DNA of 64,000 bases from Eubacteriales bacterium (GTDB taxonomy: Bacteria > Bacillota > Clostridia > Oscillospirales > CAG-272), in the NCBI GenBank assembly GCA_051867895.1, contig JBJDZH010000016.1, positions 26,367-90,366 of the forward strand. Reading direction: 5' to 3'. Position 1 is the first letter of the stretch. The number at the start of each line of letters is the position of its first letter. The notes below the pieces were generated by a model that was given only the letters and a program-made list of their open reading frames with translations, was not told where the DNA came from and ran no database searches. The position numbers and the translations under genes are program-made. Of this stretch, positions 36,967 through 46,181 are shown one piece after another.

Positions 36967-38253
36967 TCACAGTGTTTTGCCTGACGATACGGCGGTCAGC
37001 GTGATGTCAGGGAAACGTACATGTCCCCACGCGTTGACATTCCAGATAATTGTATTGTTATCTTCAATTTCAAATGCAAACGCGGGCAGTATCAGGTCAT
37101 GATCCAAGCAAGTGCCATATTCGTTCATTTCGAATAAGACGAGATACACTTTATACTTACCCCGGGTCAGGCAGGAGGTATCGAACTGCATACCGAATGC
37201 CTTTCTCTCATCCTTCTGCATGGCTCCCAGATCTATATCCGGCACCGTTCCTACCGGCGCATCGTCCGCATATCGCAGTTCAAACCGAAAGCGCAGATGT
37301 TCAAAATCGCGTCTTGCTAAAACGCCGAGTTCAAAAATCAGCGGTTCGCCTGCCTGATAAATGGCAGCCGATTTATTCTCCAGGCGCAGGCGGAGCATTT
37401 TTGCCGGAAGCAGTTCAGGATTGGGCTTTGAGGATTTCTCTGACAAATCAAACTCTGTTTGCGCCACATTCCCCTGGCATTCCATATAAACTCCGATCCC
37501 TTCTTCCACATCCCCGTCAAAGACGATCCTGCCGTGATCCAGCACGATGCATCGGCTGCAGAGCTGGCGGACGGTGTTCATGTTGTGGCTGACATAGAGA
37601 ACGGTGCGTCCCTCGTTTTTCGACACATCGTCCATCTTTCCCAGACACTTCTGCTGAAATTTCATGTCGCCCACCGCCAGCACCTCGTCCATGACGAGAA
37701 TGTCCGCGTCCAGATGCGCCGCTACCGCAAACGCCAGCTTGACATACATACCGCTGGAATAGCGCTTGACCGGCGTATCGATAAACCGCTCCATTTCGGC
37801 AAAGCGGACGATATCGTCAAATTTCTCCGTGATCTCCGCTTTCGTCATGCCGAGGATCGCACCGTTCATGTATACGTTTTCCCGTCCGGTCAGCTCCGGA
37901 TGGAAGCCTGTCCCCACTTCCAGCATGCTGGCGATCCGTCCGTTATAGGAGATCGTGCCGCGGGTTGGTCCCGTCACACGGGAGAGGAGCTTGAGAAGCG
38001 TCGATTTCCCCGCGCCGTTGTGCCCGATGATGCCGACGCGCTCCCCGCGTTTCACGGAGAAGCTCACGTCGTCCAGCGCGAGAAAGCGTTCGTTCCCGGC
38101 GTGCGCGCTCTGTCCGATTTTGAGATTGGGGTCCTCCCGTCCGCGCAGCCGTGCCGCCAGACTTTGTAGATCGCCACGCAGCGTCCCGCCGCCGATGGCG
38201 CCGAGCCGGTATTCCTTTGTCACATGGTCAAACTGGATGATCGTTTCCTGCAT
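36967..38253 (-). CDS. polysaccharide/teichoic-acid ABC exporter ATP-binding protein (TagH/Wzt-like) with a C-terminal extra domain
   Basis: Walker A GHNGAGKST, signature YSSGM and Walker B LVMDEVLAVGD. An additional ~170-aa beta-rich C-terminal domain resembles Wzt_C carbohydrate-binding modules. Confidence 0.85.
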   Translation of the reverse strand: MQETIIQFDHVTKEYRLGAIGGGTLRGDLQSLAARLRGREDPNLKIGQSAHAGNERFLALDDVSFSVKRGERVGIIGHNGAGKSTLLKLLSRVTGPTRGTISYNGRIASMLEVGTGFHPELTGRENVYMNGAILGMTKAEITEKFDDIVRFAEMERFIDTPVKRYSSGMYVKLAFAVAAHLDADILVMDEVLAVGDMKFQQKCLGKMDDVSKNEGRTVLYVSHNMNTVRQLCSRCIVLDHGRIVFDGDVEEGIGVYMECQGNVAQTEFDLSEKSSKPNPELLPAKMLRLRLENKSAAIYQAGEPLIFELGVLARRDFEHLRFRFELRYADDAPVGTVPDIDLGAMQKDERKAFGMQFDTSCLTRGKYKVYLVLFEMNEYGTCLDHDLILPAFAFEIEDNNTIIWNVNAWGHVRFPDITLTAVSSGKTL

Positions 38254-38262
38254 GTCCGCTCC

Positions 38263-39102
38263 TCACACCGTATCCGTAAATGTTTTTTCTACCCGGTTGA
38301 ACAATAGAACGCCCGCAAACAGCACGAGCAGCGTGACCGCCCAGCTGATGCCGTAAGCGGCAAAATGCGGCTCGCCCACGCCCAGAAACGCGTAGCGGAA
38401 CAGCGTGATCACCGGCGTCACGGGATTGAGCATGTACAGCCGCAGAAAGCGCTCGGGAATCAGCGAGAGGTCGTAGGCGACCGGCGTGGCGTACATCCAG
38501 AGCTGTACGCCGAAGCTCACCACCATGGCGAGATCGCGGTATTTGGTCGTCAGCGCGGAGATAATGACGCCGACGCCGAGGCTGAGCAGCGCCAGATGGA
38601 GCAGGAGCACCGGGGTCAGCAGCACCCATCCGTTCGGATGTACGCCAGCGCCCGTGACGGCGTAATAGAGCAGAAACAGAAGAAAGAAGCCAAACTGTAT
38701 CGCAAAGGAGATCAGCTGGGAGAGCACGGCGGAGACGGGCATCACGAGCCGGGGAAAATAGACCTTTCCCAGAATGGCGGCATTGGCGGTAAAGGTGTGG
38801 GAGGTCGAGGTCAGACAGGATGCGAAATACCCCCAGGCAATGGAGCCGCACAGATAGAAGGCGAAACTGGGAACGCCCGAGGGGGCGAGTCCCGCAATGT
38901 TGCCGAATACGACGGTCAGCACGACGGTCGTGAGCAGGGGCTGAATGACAGCCCAGGCGGGACCGAGTACGGTCTGCTTGTACTGGGAGACAAAGGTGCG
39001 CCGTACAAACAGAAAGATCAGATCCCGGTAGCGAAAGAGCTCCTTCAGATTCAAATCAAACCACGCCCGCTTGGGGGTGATGACGGTGTCGAATGGTTTC
39101 AT
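38263..39102 (-). CDS. ABC-2 type polysaccharide export permease (TagG/Wzm-like)
   Basis: 279 aa with six TM helices. The N-terminal ELFRYRDLIFLFVRRTFVSQYKQTVLGPAWAVIQPL motif is typical of ABC-2 permeases. Confidence 0.85.
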   Translation of the reverse strand: MKPFDTVITPKRAWFDLNLKELFRYRDLIFLFVRRTFVSQYKQTVLGPAWAVIQPLLTTVVLTVVFGNIAGLAPSGVPSFAFYLCGSIAWGYFASCLTSTSHTFTANAAILGKVYFPRLVMPVSAVLSQLISFAIQFGFFLLFLLYYAVTGAGVHPNGWVLLTPVLLLHLALLSLGVGVIISALTTKYRDLAMVVSFGVQLWMYATPVAYDLSLIPERFLRLYMLNPVTPVITLFRYAFLGVGEPHFAAYGISWAVTLLVLFAGVLLFNRVEKTFTDTV

Positions 39103-39107
39103 CGTGT

Positions 39108-40139
39108 TCAGCTTTCAATAAAATCTTTTTGCCTCATGAATGGAAACAGGCATTCAGGAAAATATTTTTTGCAGACGCTATATGCCGATTTAGGAGAAAT
39201 AAACAAAAGAAGCATCATCAGTTTTTTCATTTTACAAATAATAGGAACCTGAAGGATCGGCACTATTTCTTTGAGAAATGCTCGCTGTGTCTCTCGAAAA
39301 TCTGTTTTAAGTTCTCGGTGTAGCATTTCAACACACAGTTTGTCTTTGCAAAATCGTGTTAAATAATCATCCAAAGCATAGCATACCATTTGGCGGTTAT
39401 TCTTTTTTCGGAAAAAGCTCAGATTATTTTTATTATTATTAGTACCTTGAAACCATTTTGAACTGTATGCGGAGTACATGATACTCCCTTCCCGCTGCAT
39501 ATACCAGTATAATTGATTTTGTAAAAGAATGACTTTCTCACACTCCGTTGAGCAACAATTTAATGTTTCTAAAAGAACAAATCCATCCTCATAATATTGT
39601 CCAAAGGGAAATCTAATATTTTGAAAGATATGGCATTTATATAGCTTATTGCATACGGTAGAGGTAATCGCATAACAGTTTTCCGGATAAAAATTATCTA
39701 AATACTCTTCCTGTCCCATTATGCGAACAGTTCTCAGCGTTTCTTCATGAAAAGGAGCTATTTCTCTGTCCTCATAAAATCTATTGAATTCACACTGTAC
39801 TATTCCCGCATTATACATTATAGCAGCATCATAAAGTAACGCATACATTTGTGGATGTATAAAGTCATCGCTATCCACAAAGCCAATAAATTTCCCAATT
39901 GCAACTTCCAGTCCAGCATTCCGTGCATCAGAGAGCCCGCCATTCTCTTTATGAATTACGCGGATCCGACTGTCCTGTTGCGCATATTCATCGCAGATAG
40001 CAGGGCATCCATCCGGAGACCCATCATCTACCAAAATCAACTCAAAGTCGGTAAACGTCTGTGAAAGAATACTGTCAATACAGCGTTTTAAGTACTTTTC
40101 AACGTTATACACTGGAACAATGATGCTTATTTCCGGCAT
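39108..40139 (-). CDS. family 2 glycosyltransferase (AT-rich cassette)
   Basis: ISIIVPVYNVEKYLKRCIDSILSQTFTDFELILVDDGSPD...DSDD GT-A motifs. Confidence 0.85.
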   Translation of the reverse strand: MPEISIIVPVYNVEKYLKRCIDSILSQTFTDFELILVDDGSPDGCPAICDEYAQQDSRIRVIHKENGGLSDARNAGLEVAIGKFIGFVDSDDFIHPQMYALLYDAAIMYNAGIVQCEFNRFYEDREIAPFHEETLRTVRIMGQEEYLDNFYPENCYAITSTVCNKLYKCHIFQNIRFPFGQYYEDGFVLLETLNCCSTECEKVILLQNQLYWYMQREGSIMYSAYSSKWFQGTNNNKNNLSFFRKKNNRQMVCYALDDYLTRFCKDKLCVEMLHRELKTDFRETQRAFLKEIVPILQVPIICKMKKLMMLLLFISPKSAYSVCKKYFPECLFPFMRQKDFIES

Positions 40140-41095
40140 AAAACGTTCTCCTTAAAATCTGATATGCGTTGAATCAACCAAACCGGCACATGCTGGTACA
40201 GCCAGTATATTCGCCGCTGCTGTTTATCGTAGGACGGTTTTGACCCGCACAGTGGAATATCGCACCACTCCGATTTTCGCCAGTATTCCTGATAAATTCT
40301 TGCCTTCGGATGCCTGCTGTTTTCCCATGGACGTCCGACATTTGAGGAGGTGAAATGAATAATGGCAGGCTTCCGGATCGACTCCCTGATTTCCCGCTTA
40401 CTGTAATAAAGATCCCAGAGCCTGAAATATGCTCTTAAATTCTGATAAGGCATAACGAATGTAGGGGTCAAAGCATCATAGCGCGGGTGCAGCATATGGC
40501 AGTCATTCCAGAAGACACCGTTCAGAATCGTTTGATCGTGATGGCGCACCACACCGTTTTTGCTGTCCAGATAGTCGAGCAGCCGTTTCTGTGAGTTCGT
40601 TTCCCGCCACTTTTTCAAATCAATCAGAATTACCCCGGAGCAAAAGTAACGAAATTGCTGCTCCAATCCGGTCTCTTCCCAGAACACGCAGGAGGCCACA
40701 TCTTCTACGGCGCCGATGGTGTTTCCAGACAGATCCGTATTCCAAAGTTCCTGTAAACTATCACAAATCACCGTATCGCAGTCGAGATACAGGAGCCGGT
40801 CTACATCCGGCGGAACCATTTCCGCAACAAACAGTCTGGCATATGCACTCATAGGCAGTTCCCATTTGTTGTTCAACTGCAATTTCTTTTTGAATTGCGA
40901 AAAAGGAATATACGTTATTGTACGGTTATATTTCCGTGCTATATTGGCAAGTTTGCGATGATTTTCTGCTGTGATGCCATCGTCAATCAGAAAGACTTGA
41001 ATTTCATCCATCTCTCGATTCTGTTCGTATAGAGACGTGATGGAAATCCCGACATGGCGCGCATAATTATCATCGCTGGAGTAGATCACATTCAT
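40127..41095 (-). CDS. family 8 glycosyltransferase (AT-rich cassette)
   Basis: YSSDDNYARHVGISITSL...LYLDCDTVICDSL...HF GT8 motifs. Confidence 0.85.
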   Translation of the reverse strand: MNVIYSSDDNYARHVGISITSLYEQNREMDEIQVFLIDDGITAENHRKLANIARKYNRTITYIPFSQFKKKLQLNNKWELPMSAYARLFVAEMVPPDVDRLLYLDCDTVICDSLQELWNTDLSGNTIGAVEDVASCVFWEETGLEQQFRYFCSGVILIDLKKWRETNSQKRLLDYLDSKNGVVRHHDQTILNGVFWNDCHMLHPRYDALTPTFVMPYQNLRAYFRLWDLYYSKREIRESIRKPAIIHFTSSNVGRPWENSRHPKARIYQEYWRKSEWCDIPLCGSKPSYDKQQRRIYWLYQHVPVWLIQRISDFKENVLCRK

Positions 41096-41153
41096 CCTGA
41101 ACTTCCTTTGTAATCATTTTCGGTACATAAGTTTAGTCTGCCTTTGAATCATC

Positions 41154-42191
41154 TTATTGCCTGAATGAATTTCGCAGCTCAAGAAGTCGGTAGAACCCCC
41201 ACCAGGTCCAATAGCCATTGATCTTACATGCAACTCTCATCAGCGGATGCATTTCCAAATGCTTCGAACCGGCGATACACAGTTTCATAAAATCAGCGGG
41301 AGCGCTGGGATGGCACGGGCTGTCAAACATTTCTCTGCGCCTGCGGTGAGATACTTTTTCATTTCTTGTGAATACCAGCGGCAATCTGCTGAAATAGAAT
41401 TTTTCCGCAACCAGTTTTTCAATCTGCGCATGAACGAGGGGATAGACACCCCCGCGCTGTGCTATTTCTATCATTCCGCAGCAGATGGAGTGCATGCTTT
41501 TTATCGCGGAATGGTCAATGAATTTGGGCGACCCGTACTGTTTCCACATGATTCTGTAATGATAATCTGTCACGGCAACATGGCAGACTTCATCGACCAG
41601 ACGGAGATACCCGATATTAAACCAAAGGTCTTCTGCCGATTTCAGCTCGGTATCATACCGTAAAGCCGCCCGATCCATCAGTGCCTTGCTGTAAAGCTTG
41701 CAGTACGGCACCCACAGCGTGTAGTTGCACATATATTTTTGGTATTGTTCTGCCGTAAGCGAGTCCAGCTTCAGAATGGTCGCAGTCTGCGTTCCTTTGC
41801 AGTCCCCGGCAGGTTCGTCCTCTGCTGTAAATGTCGCATAATCGGTTACAACAAGCGCATTCGGACTTTGTGCCTGAGCCTGCACCATATTCTGCAAATA
41901 CGAGGCTTCAACATGATCGTCACTGTCGACAAACACGATCCAATTCCCCAAAGCCGCCTCAATGCCTACATTGCGGGCGCTGGAAATACCACCGTTTTCC
42001 TTGTGAAATACCCGGACTTTGCTGTTTGATGCGGCATATTCCTCGCAGATCGCGCCGCATTGATCCGGACTTCCATCATCTACGAGGATCAGTTCAAAAT
42101 CTTCAAACGTCTGCGCAAGAATACTGTCGATACATTTTCGCAAATACTTCTCGGTTTTATAGATTGGCACAATCACACTGATCTCAGGCAT
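41154..42191 (-). CDS. family 2 glycosyltransferase (start trimmed to MPEISVIV)
   Basis: ISVIVPIYKTEKYLRKCIDSILAQTFEDFELILVDDGSPD...DSDD. GGGGAGG RBS lies before the ATG at 42189-42191. Confidence 0.85.
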   Translation of the reverse strand: MPEISVIVPIYKTEKYLRKCIDSILAQTFEDFELILVDDGSPDQCGAICEEYAASNSKVRVFHKENGGISSARNVGIEAALGNWIVFVDSDDHVEASYLQNMVQAQAQSPNALVVTDYATFTAEDEPAGDCKGTQTATILKLDSLTAEQYQKYMCNYTLWVPYCKLYSKALMDRAALRYDTELKSAEDLWFNIGYLRLVDEVCHVAVTDYHYRIMWKQYGSPKFIDHSAIKSMHSICCGMIEIAQRGGVYPLVHAQIEKLVAEKFYFSRLPLVFTRNEKVSHRRRREMFDSPCHPSAPADFMKLCIAGSKHLEMHPLMRVACKINGYWTWWGFYRLLELRNSFRQ

Positions 42192-43356
42192 TGTTATCCT
42201 CCCCGCAAATTTGCATAAACTCCCGGTATTTTTCCCCGTTGTCACAGATACGCTCCATCCCCGCATTGCTCTGCAGCTTTGCCCGCAGCTCCGGATGAAG
42301 CAAAAGATGCTTCAGACCTTCGTAAATCGCCGTTTCGTCGTTGGCGACGATCCAGCCGGTTTCGCCGTGAACGAGCTGTTCCCGGATGCCGGACACGTCC
42401 GTCGCCAGTACCGGACAGTCGACAATTTTCGCCTCCACGGTGACAGTCGGAAAGCCCTCCCAGCCGGACGGCAGAACAAACAGATCGCAGTTCTTCATGT
42501 ACCGGTAGGGGTTGTCCGTCAGCCCCTCCAGATAGACCCGCTCCGTCAGTCCCAGCTGCTCTGTTTTCCTTTGGATCTCCTCCAGCTGAGCGCCCGTTCC
42601 AAGCACATACCAACGGAATGGGATGCCGTCATCCCGCAGCCGTGCCAGCACGTCCAGAAAACGCAGATACTGTTTTTGTGCCGTCATTCTTCCGACGGAG
42701 AGCAGGACGGGCGCTCCGTCCGGAAACGAAAAGGGAACGGCTGCTGCTTTCAATACAGCGTCCGTGTCGAAGAAGTTGTACAGCACATGCACCTTTCCGG
42801 CAAGCTGAGGATAGCGGCCGGCAAAGCTCTGCCTTGCCGTCTCCGCCACGCAGATGATGGCGTCCATCCGGGCAAACTGGGAAATCAGCCTGTCCGTGTC
42901 CTCCGGGCAGTCGGTGTGGGCGACGTCCGTGTGGTACCACTGGATGTATTTTTTTGCATGGATATGTTTTTGCAGAAATTCCGGGGATTCCCCTTCCAGA
43001 TAGTTGATCGCCACGTCGAAATCCTGCCTGGCGTAGTGCTTTGCCGCCAGCTTTTCCGCAAAGCGGCGATAGCCCACGAGCTTGCTGAATGCCAGCTTTG
43101 CGCAGCCGGCGAGCTTTTCCGTGCCGTGCGCCGCACGGATCTGCTGCAGGGACATGTAATATTTTTTCGTGTACGCCTGACTGCAAATCGCATGGAAGGT
43201 TACGCGGGAGTCAAACTGCGGCTTCAGATAGCCCTTTTCGTAGATTTCCAGCACTTCCACACTGTGTCCCCGCGCTGCCAGCTCATTGGCGAAGCTGACC
43301 AGCACCTTTTCTGCCCCGCCGTAGATGAGCTGCGGAATCTGAATCAGAAATCTCAT
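42184..43356 (-). CDS. family 4 (GT-B) glycosyltransferase
   Basis: 390 aa with the C-terminal LPSGWEGFP.....A motif (EX7E region). Confidence 0.85.
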   Translation of the reverse strand: MRFLIQIPQLIYGGAEKVLVSFANELAARGHSVEVLEIYEKGYLKPQFDSRVTFHAICSQAYTKKYYMSLQQIRAAHGTEKLAGCAKLAFSKLVGYRRFAEKLAAKHYARQDFDVAINYLEGESPEFLQKHIHAKKYIQWYHTDVAHTDCPEDTDRLISQFARMDAIICVAETARQSFAGRYPQLAGKVHVLYNFFDTDAVLKAAAVPFSFPDGAPVLLSVGRMTAQKQYLRFLDVLARLRDDGIPFRWYVLGTGAQLEEIQRKTEQLGLTERVYLEGLTDNPYRYMKNCDLFVLPSGWEGFPTVTVEAKIVDCPVLATDVSGIREQLVHGETGWIVANDETAIYEGLKHLLLHPELRAKLQSNAGMERICDNGEKYREFMQICGEDNNA

Positions 43357-44213
43357 AGACCGACCCTCTCCCGTACCTCCGGGCTGATCTCATAGGATTT
43401 TACATCGTGCTTGGTCACCCGCTTTTCCTCCGGGTAGGGTTCTCTCCATTTCGGGGAAAACTGGTAATCCAGATAATCCTCAATATTGCTGAATGTCATG
43501 AATTGCGTGTCCTCAAAGGCGACATATTGAGAATCCTCATGCCATTCTCGCTTTGTAAAATCCGTCTCGTACCCGCTTCTCCCGGTATAGGGGTTTTTCG
43601 TCAGCGTATTGCACATGATCCCCACATACTCTGTTTGTTTATGATCGTACCGCGTCATCACGGTGTCCAGGCGCTTTCCCCAGAACTCCCGCTTTATTTT
43701 TGCAAGATTTCCCAGCGTCAGCTTCGCCCGGGCAGAGGTCGGGATCACAGCGCCGGACTGTACAGACAGCACCAGATTGATCAGTTCGATCTCTTTACGC
43801 TGAAGCAGGCGCTGCCAGTTTCGATCGGGGATGTTGTGCAGCACGCAAAGGTCCACGGAGATCGGGTGCGGCTTCTCTCCATGATGGGAAAAGATCTCTG
43901 TTCCCATCACGAACAGCTTGTTCATCTTGCTGAACCAGGTGGAGGTATTCTCAAAGGTACACAGCCGATAATACGGGCTGTATTGCCGTTGAAGCACCTG
44001 TTCAAACACCTGAAAGTCCTCGGGAAACATCACAATATCCACGTCGTCGTCCCATGGGATAAAGCCCTTGTGATTCACGGCGCCGAGCAGCGTCCCTGCA
44101 TAAAGGTAATATTTCAGCCCGTTCTCCCGGCAGATTCTGTCGATATCCTTCATGGCGGAGAGGAGTACCTTGTGCAGCTCAAGATTTCCGTAATCGTTTG
44201 TCATATGATTCAT
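43353..44213 (-). CDS. LicD-family phosphotransferase
   Basis: YYLYAGTLLGAVNHKGFIPWDDDVDIVM is the LicD nucleotidyltransferase-fold motif. Confidence 0.85.
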   Translation of the reverse strand: MNHMTNDYGNLELHKVLLSAMKDIDRICRENGLKYYLYAGTLLGAVNHKGFIPWDDDVDIVMFPEDFQVFEQVLQRQYSPYYRLCTFENTSTWFSKMNKLFVMGTEIFSHHGEKPHPISVDLCVLHNIPDRNWQRLLQRKEIELINLVLSVQSGAVIPTSARAKLTLGNLAKIKREFWGKRLDTVMTRYDHKQTEYVGIMCNTLTKNPYTGRSGYETDFTKREWHEDSQYVAFEDTQFMTFSNIEDYLDYQFSPKWREPYPEEKRVTKHDVKSYEISPEVRERVGL

Positions 44214-45199
44214 CCTTCTTTTCCGTTCCGATGCCGCAGCCGCAGAATCGCGCGATAGACACCGAGCGGAAAATACTGTAACAGATTATACCGCAGCCGG
44301 TCCTGTCGGTTCTCAAAGGGTGCCTGCCGGAACGGGACTGCGTTTGTCCGCAGTTCTATTTTCAGTTGCTGTACTTCTGCATCAAAGGATTCCTCCGACA
44401 GCGCGATTTCCCGCAGCGCCCACAGAAGGCTGCCGCGGTACCGGGCTGCGGCGTATGGTTCCAGCTCCGGATATTTTTCACGGACGAAGGCGAGGTTGTC
44501 ACGGCAGTGCCTGACCCAGACCAGTTTTTTTGCGGAAAAGGACGAGGTGGTAATGCTTTGCCCATCCGTCCGCCGGACATAATGGTAGCAGGTCTCGCCA
44601 GTGTAGCATACGGTCTTGCAGCGATCCAGAAGCCGCAGCATAATGGCTTCATCCTCGTTGATCTCTCCCATCGGGAAGCGGAGATCATCGAACAGTTCTG
44701 CTTTATACAGCTTGTCCCATGCCGCGCAGGAGGTGCGCAGAAAACGACGCATGGCATCAGTATTCCGTTCGGCAAAGGGTGCGCTGCCGTAATCTGCCGC
44801 CTTTGTGACGCTGACGGTATCGCCATCCTGTATTTCGACTGCAGCGTCGCACATTGCTATATCTGCATCAAAGCGCAGCAGCTGCGTCAGCAGCGTATGA
44901 TACATGTGCGCTTCGATCCAGTCGTCGCTGTCTACAAAAGCAACATATTTTCCGGTCATGATGTCCATCCCGGCGTTTCTCGCGTCGGACAAGCCGCCGT
45001 TCGGCTTATGAATGACGCGCACCCGCGCGTCCTTTGCCGCGTATTCCTCGCAAATCGCACCGCAGCTGTCCGGCGAGCCGTCGTCCACCAGAATGACTTC
45101 GAGATTCCGGTACGTTTGATTCAGAATGGAGTCCACGCATTTGCGCAAATACGGCTCTACTTTGTAGACCGGGACAATGACAGAAATTTTCTCAAGCAT
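44210..45199 (-). CDS. family 2 glycosyltransferase (tandem copy A)
   Basis: ISVIVPVYKVEPYLRKCVDSILNQTYRNLEVILVDDGSPD...DSDD. Confidence 0.85.
   Translation of the reverse strand: MLEKISVIVPVYKVEPYLRKCVDSILNQTYRNLEVILVDDGSPDSCGAICEEYAAKDARVRVIHKPNGGLSDARNAGMDIMTGKYVAFVDSDDWIEAHMYHTLLTQLLRFDADIAMCDAAVEIQDGDTVSVTKAADYGSAPFAERNTDAMRRFLRTSCAAWDKLYKAELFDDLRFPMGEINEDEAIMLRLLDRCKTVCYTGETCYHYVRRTDGQSITTSSFSAKKLVWVRHCRDNLAFVREKYPELEPYAAARYRGSLLWALREIALSEESFDAEVQQLKIELRTNAVPFRQAPFENRQDRLRYNLLQYFPLGVYRAILRLRHRNGKEG
44951..45180 (-). repeat. about 230-bp near-identical block shared with 45930-46159 (5' part of tandem GT2 genes)
   Basis: Hand alignment gives roughly 15 mismatches in about 223 positions. 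The first ~55 nt are identical. Confidence 0.8.
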
Positions 45200-46178
45200 C
45201 AGCCCATATGCCTTTCAGAAAGAAGTAAAACAAGCCGGGGGCGTTTATCTTATAACAGAATGTGAATACAAAAAGCAGCTTTCCCTCGCCGCGATAAAAG
45301 CGGAGAATTTTTCGTACTATCGGAGCATGGAACAGCTTTTTTATGTTATTTTTCTTTTCCTCGGCGCTTAAATTCGGGTTAAAGGCGATGTATTTGTAGA
45401 TGAAGTCTGTCAAATACACCTTGACAAGATGGTTTATGTTTTTCTGGCTCTTCTTTTGGTCTTTCACCAGAGGGATCGTTATCATTTTTTCCAATGCAGG
45501 GAAAGCGTCGGGAATCGGACCGCTGTACAAACTGTGCAGGGTGCTGTTGCCCCTTTGGAGATAGCAGTACCCGCATTCATCCAAAAGCAAAATCTGTGCA
45601 GCTCTGCTGAATGCTTCTAAATTAAAAACCAAATCCTCACGAAGCGGAAAGTTTCCAAACCGCAAGTCATGGATCAGCGCGGTGCAGTATATTTTATTGC
45701 ATGCGTACCCAAGCAATGAAGAATGTACCAGTCGCTCGATTTCTGAATCATCGCTTAGCGTCGTAATGGGTTTCGTTTGGGTGCATGGTGTCTTGGCTGA
45801 AATTTCTTCCCCATCTTCATTTACAAATGTACAGCCAAAAACTGATATAGCGAATGGACACATCTGCATTGCATTTCGGTATAACTCCGGCTGCAGCCAA
45901 TCGTCACTGTCAACGAAGGTCAGATATTCTCCGGTTATGATGTCCATCCCGGCGTTTCTCGCGTCGGACAAGCCGCCGTTCGGCTTATGAAGGACGCGCA
46001 CCCGCGCGTCATTCGCCGCGTATTCCTCGCAGATCGCTCCGCAGTTGTCCGGCGAGCCGTCGTCCACCAGAATGACTTCGAGATTCCGGTACGTCTGATT
46101 CAGAATGGAGTCCACGCATTTGCGCAGATACGGCTCCACGTTATACACCGGGACGATCACACTCAGCAAAGGCTCCAT
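45192..46178 (-). CDS. family 2 glycosyltransferase (tandem copy B, AT-rich 3' two-thirds)
   Basis: LSVIVPVYNVEPYLRKCVDSILNQTYRNLEVILVDDGSPD...DSDD. The C-terminal part is unrelated to copy A. Confidence 0.85.
   Translation of the reverse strand: MEPLLSVIVPVYNVEPYLRKCVDSILNQTYRNLEVILVDDGSPDNCGAICEEYAANDARVRVLHKPNGGLSDARNAGMDIITGEYLTFVDSDDWLQPELYRNAMQMCPFAISVFGCTFVNEDGEEISAKTPCTQTKPITTLSDDSEIERLVHSSLLGYACNKIYCTALIHDLRFGNFPLREDLVFNLEAFSRAAQILLLDECGYCYLQRGNSTLHSLYSGPIPDAFPALEKMITIPLVKDQKKSQKNINHLVKVYLTDFIYKYIAFNPNLSAEEKKNNIKKLFHAPIVRKILRFYRGEGKLLFVFTFCYKINAPGLFYFFLKGIWADA
45930..46159 (-). repeat. partner of the 44951-45180 repeat
   Basis: See 44951-45180. Confidence 0.8.
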
Positions 46179-46181
46179 GTT

